Below are positions 1 to 12,560 of a stretch of DNA of 64,000 nucleotides, in pieces; position 1 is the stretch's first letter, and every line of letters begins with the position of its first letter. The stretch is from Carcharhinus amblyrhynchos. Its lineage: Eukaryota. The notes beneath the pieces were generated by a model. It saw nothing but the letters and a program-made list of their open reading frames with translations. It was not told the DNA's origin and ran no database searches. Location: NCBI GenBank assembly GCA_965287045.1, contig OZ336870.1:108128001-108192000 (forward strand), given 5' to 3'. Made by a program: the position numbers and the translations under genes.

Positions 1-229
1 CCCTACAACAGATATTAGAACAACAGCTTCATCATTTTGTTTCTTTTTTACTTGTGATTTCCCAAAGTGAAAAAGGGACAATGTCTGAATTGAGCGCACT
101 TTAAAAGGAATGATTCAATAAGTCTGTAATTTTCTTATTTCCGCTTGCAGTAGCAGCCCATCTGCTTTTCAAGGCCCATGTTACCCTTGACTACAATTTT
201 CCTTCTAATTTAATTGTTAAAAATTTTGT

Positions 230-485
230 ACCAATCCTTTCATGATATTGACAGACCGCGGAGGAGCAAAAGAATTTAGCAATGACTGTACACAAATCAT
301 TAAACGCTAATGGGCAGGTAGGGAAAAAAAAATCAAATAAACCTAAGGAAAATTGGTCTCTGTCTCAAGGGAGTCTAATTCCAAAGTAAACAGCAATACT
401 TCATGGTCAAGCTCCACTTGGAGTAGTGCATTCAGTTTTGGGCACCAAACTTTAGCAAATATATTGGTCTTGGATGGGGCGTATT
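230..485 (+). mobile_element. Degenerate CR1 RT fragment
   Basis: ccacttggagtagtgcattcagttttgggcacca (HLEYCIQFWAP-like). Confidence 0.55.
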
Positions 486-487
486 TG

Positions 488-798
488 TAGAATTATAGAA
501 TTCCTATAGTTCAGAAGGAAACCATTTGACCCATCGAGGCTGCACCAATAACAATCCCACCCAGGCCCTATCCCTGTAACATCACATATTTACCCTACTA
601 CTACTGACACTAAGTGGCAATTTAGCATGACTAATGCACGTAACCAGCACATCTTTGGACTGTGGATGGAAGCCAGAGCATCTAGAGGAAACCCAAGCAG
701 ACATGTGGAAAATGTGCAGTCTCCACATAGTCACCTGAGGCCGAACTGAACCTGAGTCCCTGGTGCTGTGAGGCAGTGATGCTAACCATTGTGCCACC
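488..798 (-). repeat. tRNA-derived V-SINE (HE1-like)
   Basis: Reverse complement of the gtggcacaatggttagc (A box)...ggttcagttc (B box) head and the V-domain gggtttcctc...tccaaagatgtg. Confidence 0.85.
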
Positions 799-1529
799 CA
801 AATTCTCCAAAATAATATGGAAGCTTAAAGGGTTAAATTTGGAGACCAATTTGCATAAACTTGAATGATCCATTCCTTTTCCTAAGTGCAGTCTTAAGTA
901 CAGTACATAACTAGTTTAACACCTCAATGTAGTATTGAACAGTGCTAATTTGTCAGAAATACAATTCTTCAGATGAGAGGTCATCACGTTTGCCTAATTA
1001 ACCAGATCTCACGCACTGGAAAAGTAATTCATTGGTTGTAAAGCCCTGTAGGGATGAAATGAGGATACAATTTAAATGAAAATTATTTCTTTCTAACTCT
1101 TGTGAAAGCATTTGCTAAAAGAAAAATTGTACTGTCAGTACAAAATGTACTTCTGTGTTCTGTCAGAAGAGAGGAGAAGGCCACATATCAACATTGAACA
1201 AAAATAAAGGAGGCACAAAGAACCATTTAATTTCATGACTTGCCTACAGAGAATGCCTTAGCAAACTTATCCAATGAGCATCTGCACCAAACAGACCAAG
1301 AATGACCTAGCTTCAACCCAGTCTGTATAGAGCCAACTAGCTTCAACTGCACAGCCAACCAAGCCTCCAACACTAAAGAATGGGCAAATTAGCCAGGGTT
1401 CCTGTGCTGATCATTAATAGCTGCTTAGAGCAGATAGTTCTCCTGGGGTTTTGATCAACCCCAATCCCTTCAACCAACATCATTAAAAAAAGTCTAAATT
1501 TCTTTGTTGTTTTAAGGTCTATTGAGTGA

Positions 1530-1845
1530 GGGGCTGCATGGTGGCATAGTGGGGTTAACACTGTTGCTTCTCAGTGCCAGGGACCCAGGTTCAATTCTGG
1601 CCTCAGATCACTATCTGTGTGAAGTTAGCATGTTCTCCCATGTTTGCATGGGTTTCCTTCTGGTACTATAGTTTCCTCCCACAGTCCAAAGATGTGTGGC
1701 TTAGGTCGACTGACCATGCAAAATTGATCCTTAGTGTCCAGGAGATTGGCGGGATAAGTAGTGGAGTTTCAGGGATAGGATCTGGGTGGGATTGTTTTGG
1801 TGTAGGCTCAATGGCTGCTTTCGACTCTGTAGGGATTCTATGATT
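1530..1845 (+). repeat. V-SINE (HE1-like)
   Basis: A/B boxes, V domain, gggattctatgatt tail. Confidence 0.85.
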
Positions 1846-2039
1846 GCTGTGTTTCCCTACATTACATTTCAAAAATACTCAATTGGCTCTGAAGCATATT
1901 GGGGAGAAAACTGCCTGATAAGAAAAGAGAATTAGGCAACTAAATCCAAGTAAATTTGATAAAATTGTTATTAATTTCCAATCATTCCATCTCTTTAATA
2001 CCTAATTTCTCCTAAATGGGATTTTTAAGATGGAAAAGA

Positions 2040-3650
2040 ATTGTGGTGGCAAGGAACTAGGCACTTTCTAACAGTTATGATTCTAACAAGCAGCCATGGA
2101 TTAAGCAAAAATGTTGCTCACAGAATATTACAAAAGGCAGACCCTACTATTCTCAGATTAGAACAGGCCTCCCTCGCTTTAAAAGGAAGGAAGGACAATT
2201 TGTCTGTAACAGGGTTCTTTGCAGAAAATAAGAAATAAATCAATGTTCATCCAGGAAGAGTCAGAACTAAAAGTGTACAGAGGGAGGGAATCAGATTTGT
2301 TTTTAATAAATGCAGACAGCAGCTACAAGACAGAATGCAAAGCAGTGATCCACGTGAGCAAATGTGTACAATGTTCAGCTTGTGGTACTGTAATAATGAA
2401 TAGAAAATGCCTTGGATAAATTCCCATATTTCAAAAAGTGGCAACAGTGTGAAATGTCATAAAGGGAAACCAGGCGTTCAAACTGCAGCTTGAGATCAGA
2501 AGGATTTGCTGAAAATATCTTTGCAGGCATGTATCGCTTATAGGAATGTTATCTTGTGTTTGGATTCAGGATTGAATGCATACAGAATCTGAAGTTAACC
2601 ATAAACATCAACTATCCATTGCAAGACTCTCCCTTTCCCCCTTCCCTCCACTATCCAGCCAAAATCTTTTGCATCTGCAAAAAGCTTTAACTACTGGAGT
2701 TAGTCTTTTTCAACCACCTTCCGTTAGCAGGAGTTTAACCAACTCTTGCAAATTATGGAAGTCAAGCTAGTATTAGTTGCAGCTGGCAGCAACCACAACT
2801 TTGATAGCAATGGAGTTTGATAAATTAATTGGCATGCTGCCTCCAGCATTGGAGATCTCCCTCAGGAAGTGGTTTTTCCCAAACCACCCGAGCGAATGCC
2901 AAAACGTTAACGTCTGCAGCCAGGAGCAAAAAGTCCAGTGTCCACAATGGTCATTCAAGCCACTTCAATCCTACTCTCCAATACAAACCTTCCAATAAAG
3001 CAAGTCCAAAAGCCAAAAGATGTGATAACCAATTTGTGCTCGGAATATCTTCAGATGGAAGTGATTCTGCAAAACAACTTTCCTTGCCAACAATTCAACA
3101 GGAAGGATCTGGTAACAGATTACTGCCTGAACAAAATATGTGCATATGCATTTATTCTGAAGTCACAGACATGACTTTAAAATTACTGCAGATGTGCAAG
3201 TATTACACTATCGTTAAACAGTCACACTTGTGACTTCAGGAAACTATGTCAAAAGTGCCAAATCAAAAGGAAGGTTGAAAGCACACAGATGGTGTTCACA
3301 TAGTCTGAGAGCTCAGCTTACCAGCAAGAACAAAAATTGGAAGATGTGACCAAATTCTCATCAGTGACTGTATTTCCTGCTCTGGTATCAAATAGTGGGA
3401 GTTACCAAACTAACGCCCCATTCAAGGGAATTGTTTGTACCTCCAGTGGCATTTGTATCTTTTCCTTCACAGGATCAACCACCCTCTTCCTGTCAGAGAT
3501 AAACCTACAAAGTAACTGAAAGTGCAACACAATCAAAAGTGATCTGCACTTATTGCTCTGCATTGGCATTACGAGTCTGGATGTGGCAAAAGAATTTATA
3601 AGGATGCACAAGGAAGTAGGACCTCTTCAACTTGAAGTTGTTTCTGAATA
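2040..3650 (+). pseudogene. Highly degraded coding relic, tentatively ADNP-family zinc-finger
   Basis: Colinear fragments across frameshifts: RHFLTV, HRILQK/PYY, AVIHVSKC, TIHCK..PKSF, ILK/VTDMTLKLLQMCKYY, CQKC, VHI, LHLLLCIGI. These resemble ADNP motifs recalled from memory. Confidence 0.35.
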
Positions 3651-4074
3651 ATATAAATTTGCTATGAAAGATACAAAGGTAAAAATGACTCATACAGCGG
3701 CTTTAAACTCAAGTGTAATGTTAAGCTGAGAGGGAAATAAGTGGTACTTTGATATTTGGGTAGGTGCTGGATCTCATACGAGATCTCATAGGTTGCAGGT
3801 CACGTCCAATGTTAAGCATGCAGCCAGACCGAACCGAGGAGGACACTTCAGATCACAGCAACTCAGGAGAAGCAGAGCTATGGATTGGGAAAAATGGACA
3901 CACTTACAACCCTCAAGTTTTTTTCTTATGTCTGTTCTTACTCCTTGGTCACTCTTGATCATTCCATTCTTCTTTCTACGTTTATTAGCAAAGCACAATC
4001 TGTTGTTAACTCTCCTTTTGTGTAGTACTTCTTTCTTCTGACTTTACTACTTTAGTCTCTACTCTGTTTCTCTT

Positions 4075-5290
4075 TAGGAACATAGGACTTAGGGACAGGA
4101 GTAGGCCATTTACCCTTTCAAACCCACTCCATCGGATCACGGCTGATCTGATTGTGGTCTCAACTCCACTTTCCTGTCTGTCTCTCATAATCCTCCACTG
4201 TCATCTATCAAAAATATAACACAACCTTGATTGAACTCAATAACCCAGCATTCACTGCTTTCTGGGGAAGGGAATTCCACAGACTAACAGCCCTAAGGAA
4301 ATATTTCTCCTCATCTCCATCTGAAATGGGAGACAGCTTATTCTTAAAGTATGTCTCCTAGTTCTAGCCTTCTCCCACAAAATAAATATTCTCTCAGTAT
4401 CCACCCCATTAAGTCTCCTCAGGATCTTGTATATAAGGTTACTTCTCATTCTTCTAATTGGTAAGGCCCAATCTGTTTAAACTTTCTTCATAAGACCACA
4501 AAAACTACAAAGGGTCATGAACGAAGCCTAGTGCATCACTGAAACCAGCCTCCCATCCATTGATCCTGTCTACACTTCCTGCTACCTTGGAAAGGCAGCC
4601 AGCATAATTAAGGACCCCATGCACCCCAGGCATACTCTCTTCCAACTTCTTCCATCAGGGAAAAGATACAAAAATCTGAGGTCATGCACCAACAGTTTCT
4701 TTCCTGTTGCCATCAGACTTTTGAATGAACCTACCTTGCACTAAGTTGATCTTTCTCCACACCCTAGCAATGACTGTAACACACTCTGCACACACTCTTT
4801 TTCTTCTCTATGAACGGTATGCTTTGTCTGCATAGCATGCAAGAAACAATACTTCTCACTGTACACTAAAACATGTGACAATAATAAATCAAATCAAATA
4901 ATCCTTTCATCCCAGGAATGAGACAAGGGAACCTTCTCTGAACTGCTTCTAACGAATAACATTGCTTCAGGAGATCAAAACTGTACACAGTACTCAAGAT
5001 ACATTGTCCCCAAGACCTTGTACAGCTAAAGTATTCCCATTGAAATAAGCACCAACATTCCATTGGCCTTCCTAAACACTTGTTGCACCTGCATACTAAC
5101 TTTATTTTATTCATACATCAGGATACCCAGATTCCTCTATACCACCGAGTTCTGCAATCTTCCTCCATTTAAAAAGTACACTACTTTTCTGTTCTTCCTG
5201 CCAAAGTGGACAAGTTCACATTTTCCCACATAATAATCCATCTGCCAAAATTTTTGCCCACTGACTTCACCTAGATCCCTTTGCAACTAT
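4075..5290 (-). mobile_element. Old CR1 LINE 3' fragment, interrupted at 4496-4899
   Basis: Minus-strand RT C-terminal motifs (LEAVQRRFPCLIPGMKGL; YKILRRLNGVD) and a CR1 3'UTR. Confidence 0.75.
4496..4899 (+). mobile_element. Rex1/Babar LINE 3' fragment nested in a CR1 fragment
   Basis: KAASIIKDP, LFQLLPSGKRY and an aataaatcaaatcaaat tail; homologous to 14129-14540. Confidence 0.8.
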
Positions 5291-5354
5291 TAATCTACCC
5301 TCGTCTTTCTGACAGCAGAGCTACAGACATGAAAGAGAAGATAGCAAAGAACAA

Positions 5355-5490
5355 TATAAGTTTATTTATTAGTCACAAGTGGGCTTACATTAACATTAAA
5401 TTACTGTGAAAATCCCCTAGTCGCCACACTCAGTGTTAGGGCATACTAAGGGAGAATATAACATGGTCAGTGTACTTCACCAGCACAACA
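5355..5490 (-). repeat. V-SINE variant 3' tail
   Basis: tttatttattagtcacaag...aaaatcccctagtcgccacactc. Confidence 0.65.
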
Positions 5491-7259
5491 GCATTTTTTT
5501 TTACATTATCAAGACAAAACCATGAACAAAGCCACAAAACTCCAGGCTAGGGTGAAGTGTGGTACTGCCTACATGTAATGTTACACTAATTCTGCAATTG
5601 TTTGAGATAGACACAGAACTATGTCACTGCTACATAACACCATTCTATTTTGCAGTTACAAGTAATTTGCCAGTTATGAAAATTATCAGAAATAACACTG
5701 GAAAGCTGTTCTGGAATCTAACTACCTCCTGATGACACATTCTTGATTTTCTTAAGGGTTTGAATGTACCTTGGTTTCTCACAATTGACGGACTGAGTTT
5801 CCAGGACATGATGACATGCAGGTGTGTGCTTTGACTGGTTGAAAGGACTCCATAACAATGATATCATCCTAAAAATCTTGTGCTGATAAATCAACTACTT
5901 CCTCCTTACAGCATGTGAAAAGTCCTACCATCTGTGTACACTTCCTATCAACTTTTTAGGTCATTTCCCATGTTGACATTTATAGTACTAAATGCCTTTG
6001 CCTATAATGTGCTGTAATTACACCCCCCTAACAGAAGTGTTTCAGTCCTTTCATTGGAAAGTGACTGTAATTACAGCATGACAAATTTATATGGGCAGTT
6101 CCATAATAAATATAGAACTTACAACAGAAAATGAAAACGAGTACAAAACACATGACTTTAAAATAAGGAGTGAATTTCATGTGTGCATCCTGACCCAATT
6201 ATCCCTTTCTAACCTTACTTCAAAATATTGCATTTGCTTTTGCAAAATTGGAATCTGAAGGGGATAAACTTCTTAACCAGTTGCTGCCATGAGGAACTGG
6301 ATGATGCAAGTTGCAGGGAGCTTTATGGCTTGAACTCCATCAGAACAAGGAAAAAGGTATTGGAAGTCTGGACTGCCAGCATTTGGCTGCAAATATCTAG
6401 AAGGGTTTGACCATAGAAGAAATGCTGGGACATTCAATATTTTCTGAAATTGTTGCAGTTTGAATCTATTTCATTTTAACTCTGCTCAAAATCCTCTTCC
6501 TGCCTTGAGGCCTACTTGAACTCCACAAAAGTGTCTCAGACATTTTCTCATGAAGCTTCCTCCACACTTTTGCTAATGCAAAGCCAACTAGAGTTAAATT
6601 GGGCATGGCCAAGAAGTAAAACAGATGCTGCAGCATTAGTTATCCTAACACACACAAACACACACTCCAACATCCAGTTCCCATAACTTAGGTAGAACTA
6701 GCGATAATGCCTTTTTTGTGTCACGTATGAATTTAAGTTAATCCCAAAAAGTAACGAAGATCCAGCTGTCATGATGTGATATGTGCAATACTAATCTTTA
6801 ATTTCATCTGATGGCCAAATATACATTGAACTGCTTTAAAAGCAATTTGAAAAAAAGCAGGCAAAGATGCTGTCTTAAGATGACAACGACAGGCCACTTG
6901 ACATGTCTGATTTTCCAGGTTGAACATTCTGGAAGTTTTCAATGTGGTTTATAATCAAGACATGCCAAGGCAATCTCCTATGGAATTTCATATCTGTTGA
7001 TGTAAAGATTTACTTAAAAGATGAACTAAAACAGTACTCAATATCCTATAATTTGCTAATCTATAGATACATCTTTCAGGTACAGACAGAAAGTCTACCA
7101 GGACAATGACTATATTAGTGTTCTTGCTAGCTTATCACAAGGAAGAATGGTCCATTCAGAAGTGAATGGCTGGGACATTAGACAAACCAATCAACCAGGC
7201 CATAAAACAATAGCCAATATCAGTCTAGACTTGAACTAACCAATTATCTTCTGGAGAAC

Positions 7260-7462
7260 GATGTCCAAAGGTGTGCAGGTTAAATGGAGTGACCATGCAA
7301 AATTGTTCCTTAATGTCGCAAAATGTATAGATTCTAGGGTTAGAGAGGTAAACGTGCAGGGTTAAAAGGATTGGCCCTAGCCAAGATGCTAGGTCAGAGT
7401 GTCACTGCGGACTTGATGGGCCAAACAGCCTCCTTCTGCACTCTAGGGATTCTATTCTATGT
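7260..7462 (+). repeat. V-SINE 3' half
   Basis: tccaaaggtgtgcaggtt...ctagggattcta. Confidence 0.7.
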
Positions 7463-7632
7463 GATTATCCAACTCATTGTGAGGAAGAGGGTTCAGGTAA
7501 CCAGAATAAATATTTTGAAATGTATGAAATATATTTTATTACAACTCACGCAGCTAAAGAGTCTACAGGAACTCTGCCAATGGAGCAGTAGACCATCTCT
7601 TTCTCCCATTTTCAAATTCAGAGCTCTGGTAC

Positions 7633-7910
7633 AGTTTGAATCCAGATGTGGGTATGCTGGTGTTGGACTGGCGTAAACACAGTAAAAAGTCTGACAACAC
7701 CAGGTTTTAGTCCAACCTATTTATTTGATAATATACTCACTAGCTTTCGGGGTTACCCCCTTGTCTGTGCTTTATATGCTCTGTCTGAGGCCAGAACTCT
7801 CCATTCACCTGACGAAGGGGGTAACCCCGAAAGCTAGTGAGTATATTATCAAATAAATAGGTTGGACTAAAACCTGGTGTTGTCAGACTTTTTACTGAGT
7901 TTGAATCCAG
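7633..7910 (+). mobile_element. Short non-autonomous Penelope-like element (inverted pseudo-LTRs) with 13-bp TSD
   Basis: AGTTTGAATCCAG at both 7633-7645 and 7898-7910. Perfect 83-bp inverted repeat 7680-7762 / 7815-7897. Hammerhead core in the right arm. Confidence 0.8.
7803..7842 (+). ncRNA. Minimal type I hammerhead ribozyme motif
   Basis: ATTCAC-CTGACGA-A-GGGG-GTAA-CCCC-GAAA-GC-TA-GTGAGT: stem I ATTCAC/GTGAGT, CUGANGA and GAAA core boxes, 4-bp stem II with a GNRA loop, palindromic AGCT mini stem III. Confidence 0.7.
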
Positions 7911-8305
7911 CACAGAGGTAGAGATTTTCAATCAAATGGAGTCTCAGGTGCAATATCATCAACTTTTGGAAAACACAGATTATGTTTGAAAGAGACTGTC
8001 TCCAGAAATTGCAGTTTACATTTGCTTCATCCACACTGGAATTTCAACACCACTATGGGCAAATCTGTCTCAGCATTGAACAACCATGAAGGACTCAAAC
8101 AGTATTTACACTATTTTTAGCCTTTTATTACCAAATCTTAAATCTAACCAAAACATAATTTCCTACTGTATAACTTGTAATTTTGCATGTTCACGAGTGT
8201 GTGTGTTGCGATGGTTGGGACGTATGTTTACTTTTTTGAATATCGTTACTTGGGTGGGTTTTTTAGCACACTAGGAGCTGAGCCCTTTATATTTAAACTC
8301 AAGAA

Positions 8306-8630
8306 AGGCAACACAGTGGTTAGCACAGCTGCCTCATAGCGCCAGAGACTCGGATTCAATTCTGGCCTTGAGTCACCGATTGTGCAAACTCTGCACATTC
8401 TCCCCATGTCTGTGTGGGTTTCCTCCGGGTGCTCTGGTTTCCTCCCACACTCCAAAGATGTGTGGGTTAGGTTGACTGGCCAGGCAAACTAAATTGCCCC
8501 TTATTGTCAGGGAGATTAGCAGGGTGAATACGTAGGGTTACAGGGATAGGCTGGATTGTTGTCAGTGCAGGCTCGGTGCCAACTGGCCTCCTTCTGCACT
8601 GTAGGGATTCTGTGATCCTATGGTTCTATG
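8306..8630 (+). repeat. V-SINE (HE1-like)
   Basis: A/B boxes, V domain, tail. Confidence 0.85.
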
Positions 8631-11600
8631 AAAGCCTGATGGACAGAGTTCTTTGCAACGAGCTTAAATAATTAAGTGCAGACACGGAACTGATCCTGGT
8701 AAATTACAACAAAAAGTTATGATCAATTGAAGAGTGAGAAGAAAGGCAAGTCCTGGCACGTGTCTTCAATAGTCAAATATAGGCAAACAATTTGGCAATT
8801 GGAGTGACAATTAACAGTCAGGACATTCAGTGCTCTGCAACAAAAGGAAGCCCAGTCACATGAGCACCATGTGTTTCTAATTGTGCACAAATTCATTTAT
8901 GGAATAGCTGCTCTTTGTGCAGTCCAACATTATTTTCATGCCAATTTATCCCAGTCACATTAACCATCCCCAAGCTCCAATGTCCCACTCATTTTAAATC
9001 TTCAGGTTTGGTCATTCACTCAACTGTGCATGAATATGCTGCCTTCCCTCCCCTCCGTTACCACAAAGCTGTCTGGCACTTACTGTCTAGGCTCACCCAA
9101 AGCACAGTCTCTCAGGTCTAAGGAACAAAGTCAGAATCTTCAGGTGAGAAAATGAAATTACTCCATGTTTACTACAATACTGGCAGTAATTATAGTCAAA
9201 ATGAATAAGTTGCAAGTTAAATACATCACCATTTTGCAGTTTACACATTTCTGTGAATTACATATTAGGTGAAGTAATATATATTCAGGTTCTGATGTGA
9301 AGGTCCTCATACTTCGTAGCAACTCTGTTGCTATTATCAGAGGTTAAAATATTTTACAACTCATGGCCACAATGTGTGTTGTTTGACTAAGTATGAATAG
9401 AATTGTCATTTAGGTTTATCTATTCTGCTCCATGGATGTTACAATCAGATATTATTAGAGGCTTCCTTTACTGAGATGCTACTTCTGACAGGATAGTGTA
9501 AATGGCATATTGCAAGGTTACTGTAAGTAGTTAACATATAATCAAGCAACACCACAAATTCAACATTTAAATTGCTTTTTATGTGGGATCTTCACAAATT
9601 GACTATGAGTTTGCCTATATAATAAGTGACTATAATTCTAACTTATCCAAATGTTATGCAATGTGTTTTAAGAAGTCCTGAGGGCATGAAAAGTTGAAAG
9701 AATTTGGATTTCTCATTCAGTAAATGCAGAGTTAATGTACTACATGGAAATATCCTACAATAGCCTTGTCCTAGAGCAGGTCTTCCTACAAATCTTTCTA
9801 CAAAATTTCTAACATATGTAATGGCCCCTTAAAGAGAATTACTGTAAATATTAAAATAACATTTTTGAAAAAATTATTACAGATATAAATGTGATATCAA
9901 AACAAGTAGTCAAGGCCATGGACCATACAGAGTCTTACCTTGAAGTATTCCTTCTCACTTCCCTCAATTTCACCTACCACAATCTTCCCCATCACTATTA
10001 AGCTCACCCTCTCACGACTTCTCATAAGTATGAAAAGCCAATCAACAAAATCAGTCTCAAAAGTAGTCACTCTCTTTAAAGTAAAACACCTGTTTCTTCA
10101 TCTCTTCACCACTAGCGCAAGACCATCCAACATTCACTTCTTGGGCATATTTGACAGTCAACCAATCCCTATTCTCTGACACAGCTCTTTCAAAGGTTGC
10201 CATGTTCAAAAACCCATATTTTCTTATTCTCTTCAGGTTAACCATTCTCTCCATCCTTAATGTTGACATCATCCTGCAAAAATGCACATATCTTTTCTAT
10301 TGAGTTCCTCTACCTAGTTCCAGTCCACTGGCAGCAATGAAATTGGTCGGGACAACCTTAACATCCTCTGCAACTACACTCATCATCCGTCTTCATTTGC
10401 CTCAAATTCTACACCTCTTTTGCAGAATTAATCATGTAACCTTCTTCTATTGCACCACTCTCAAGGTTCTTCCAGTCATCTGTCCACGACCTCAACATAG
10501 TTCTTCCTAAATCATCTTTTATCACTTCTAGTAATCCCAGAGCTTCATCCTTGCCTACGCCTCTCCACTCATTAATTCCATTCACACACCTTTTATGCCA
10601 TGAACATCGTGGATTTAAGGACTATTGCCACAATTTTTGACCATCTGGCAAATATCTAATCTGGGAGAAATCAAAATTTCCTTCACTGCAATTTTCAATG
10701 CCATCCTTTTGTGCTCCTGCCAGTACTGATGTATTGCTATCCCAAGTCCTGTGACTCCTTTCACCCTAGTTAAATCCTAGCATTACATCCAACTGAGCTG
10801 AATACTTTACCTCACAGTTAGACCATCGCCACATCCTTCTATAACTGTTACTATTCTCTACTTGTTCTATAACATTCACTACTGCCATTAAAAACTCTAA
10901 TCCATGCACCTGTCATCTTCAGGATAGACTTTCCAAACAATATTTTTGCTTGCCTTCTTCCTTTACCTTTACAAACATCAACTAAAACAGCACAGTATAT
11001 CCTCTCTAGCACAAAGTCTCACAACTGAATCAGCCCAGCTGTCCCAAAGTTCTGCCCTGGCAAAGATACTTCCAAGATTCTTTGACTTGTTTTCAAATCT
11101 CTCTGCAGCTATAGTTGGTTCCAGATTCACGAGTTGCAACTCGACAATTCTGCCCACATCATCCATTTACCCAAGTTCAGGGCATTCTCCATTCATTTCA
11201 GCAACTACATTGTATCGCCCCCACCCTTTCCCCTGCTGGATTTCTGTTCTTTTAACTGCCAATCTTTGATTTTTTTTTACACTGTTGTTGAGAATGCATT
11301 TCAAGGCTGTAATTCAATCAAGATTTCCTCGACACTGAATTTGTATCTTACTGTTGCCAGGCTCCGAGGCTCTGGCTCCAATTAGTAATAACATTGCATA
11401 TTATCTAACGTTTAACGGGATCTCATGCAAGCCCCACCCCCTTGGCCTACCTCAACTCAGCCAAACTAAAGATGCTGTCATCTGCCACATGGCAAACGGG
11501 AAGAAAATTTAAAAGAGTTCAAGACAAGATGCGAAGACCCCTCTCCACTTACACCCGGAGATATGAAAAATCTATCTTGGAGGGGGTCGGTTGGCAAAAA

Positions 11601-12242
11601 TTATAGAGTGTTAATTTAGATCCAGCTCTTGGTCCGATTACTAATCCTCCTGCCCATGATGCAAATTGCATTTATGAAAATTGAAAAATAAAGGGGAAAA
11701 TATAGTGTTCAGTTGATGAGTCAGTGCAGGAGCACAGGCCCTGCTTTGCCACAGCTTCCTCTGTCTGTGGGAAGCTCATTCAGCGCTGAGCTGACTGCTG
11801 GCAGCGAGAGAGGGAGAGGTCCCATCCGTTCCAGCAGCAACCTCTGGGAAAGGCAAACTCCATTCTCCCCCACTCCGGGCTCTCCCGCCGTTCAAACAAC
11901 TTAACATTAAAATAATCCAACATTAAGAGCGACGCCATTAACACTTGTTAACGGAAAAGGTGTGGACTGGTGAACATGTCTTTAATTAACCTCGCTTGAC
12001 TACTTAGCAATAAGTGGAAATGCACAACTGAAATGCTTCAGATTTAATTTCCCAACTGAAACAACTGGTTGAACTGCCGCTTCCTTTTCTCAGCCCCCCC
12101 GCCCCCCCGCTGTTAAAGTTAACCCCTTCCAACAGGCAACTGTGCAGTTTAGCGGTTCATTGACAGAAAAGGGAACAGTCCAATCGCACCCTAAAGCCTC
12201 TACATTCACACAGAGACGTTACATTAAAGAATGGGCACTCAC

Positions 12243-12269
12243 CGGCTTCCTTCCGACTAAAGCAGTCAT
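12243..12269 (-). CDS. SEPTIN11: First coding exon of a septin-11-like gene (MTALVGRKP); the rest of the gene lies beyond the left edge of the window
   Basis: Minus strand reads caggATG ACT GCT TTA GTC GGA AGG AAG CCG|GTGAGT, i.e. 9 codons then a perfect splice donor. This resembles the human SEPT11 N-terminus MAVAVGRPS, lies in a CpG-enriched zone, and has the expected head-to-head position relative to SOWAHB. Confidence 0.75.
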
Positions 12270-12560
12270 CCTGAGTTGCTGTAGCTGGGCGGGGGACTGT
12301 GTGTGTAGCTGGTACTCTGCTAAGCTCCTTACTCTAAGCCTCTCCACTGGCTTCAATATGGCATCCTGCACACAGACAGGCTCCTCACTCACTCACGCAC
12401 ACAGGCAGAGCCCGCGGGGGTGTCGCGCAATCCTCAATCCTGAACTGAAACATTGTATCCGCCCCGTGCAACAAAGTGTCCAAGATCAACAATTGCACTC
12501 ATTATGATGTAACAAATCCCACCGAGTGCGGACGCCTGAAATACGTGGGATCCTTCTAAC
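12270..12560 (-). promoter_or_regulatory. CpG-enriched 5'UTR/promoter of the septin gene
   Basis: Locally raised CpG and GC content, GC boxes (gggcgggg at about 12287, ccgcccc at about 12459), immediately upstream of the exon-1 ATG. Confidence 0.5.

Noticed and set aside
7646-7931. Two ORFs on opposite strands sharing VKSLTTPGFSPTYLFDNILTSFRGYPL
   Set aside because: Artefact of the perfect inverted repeat, not a duplicated gene.
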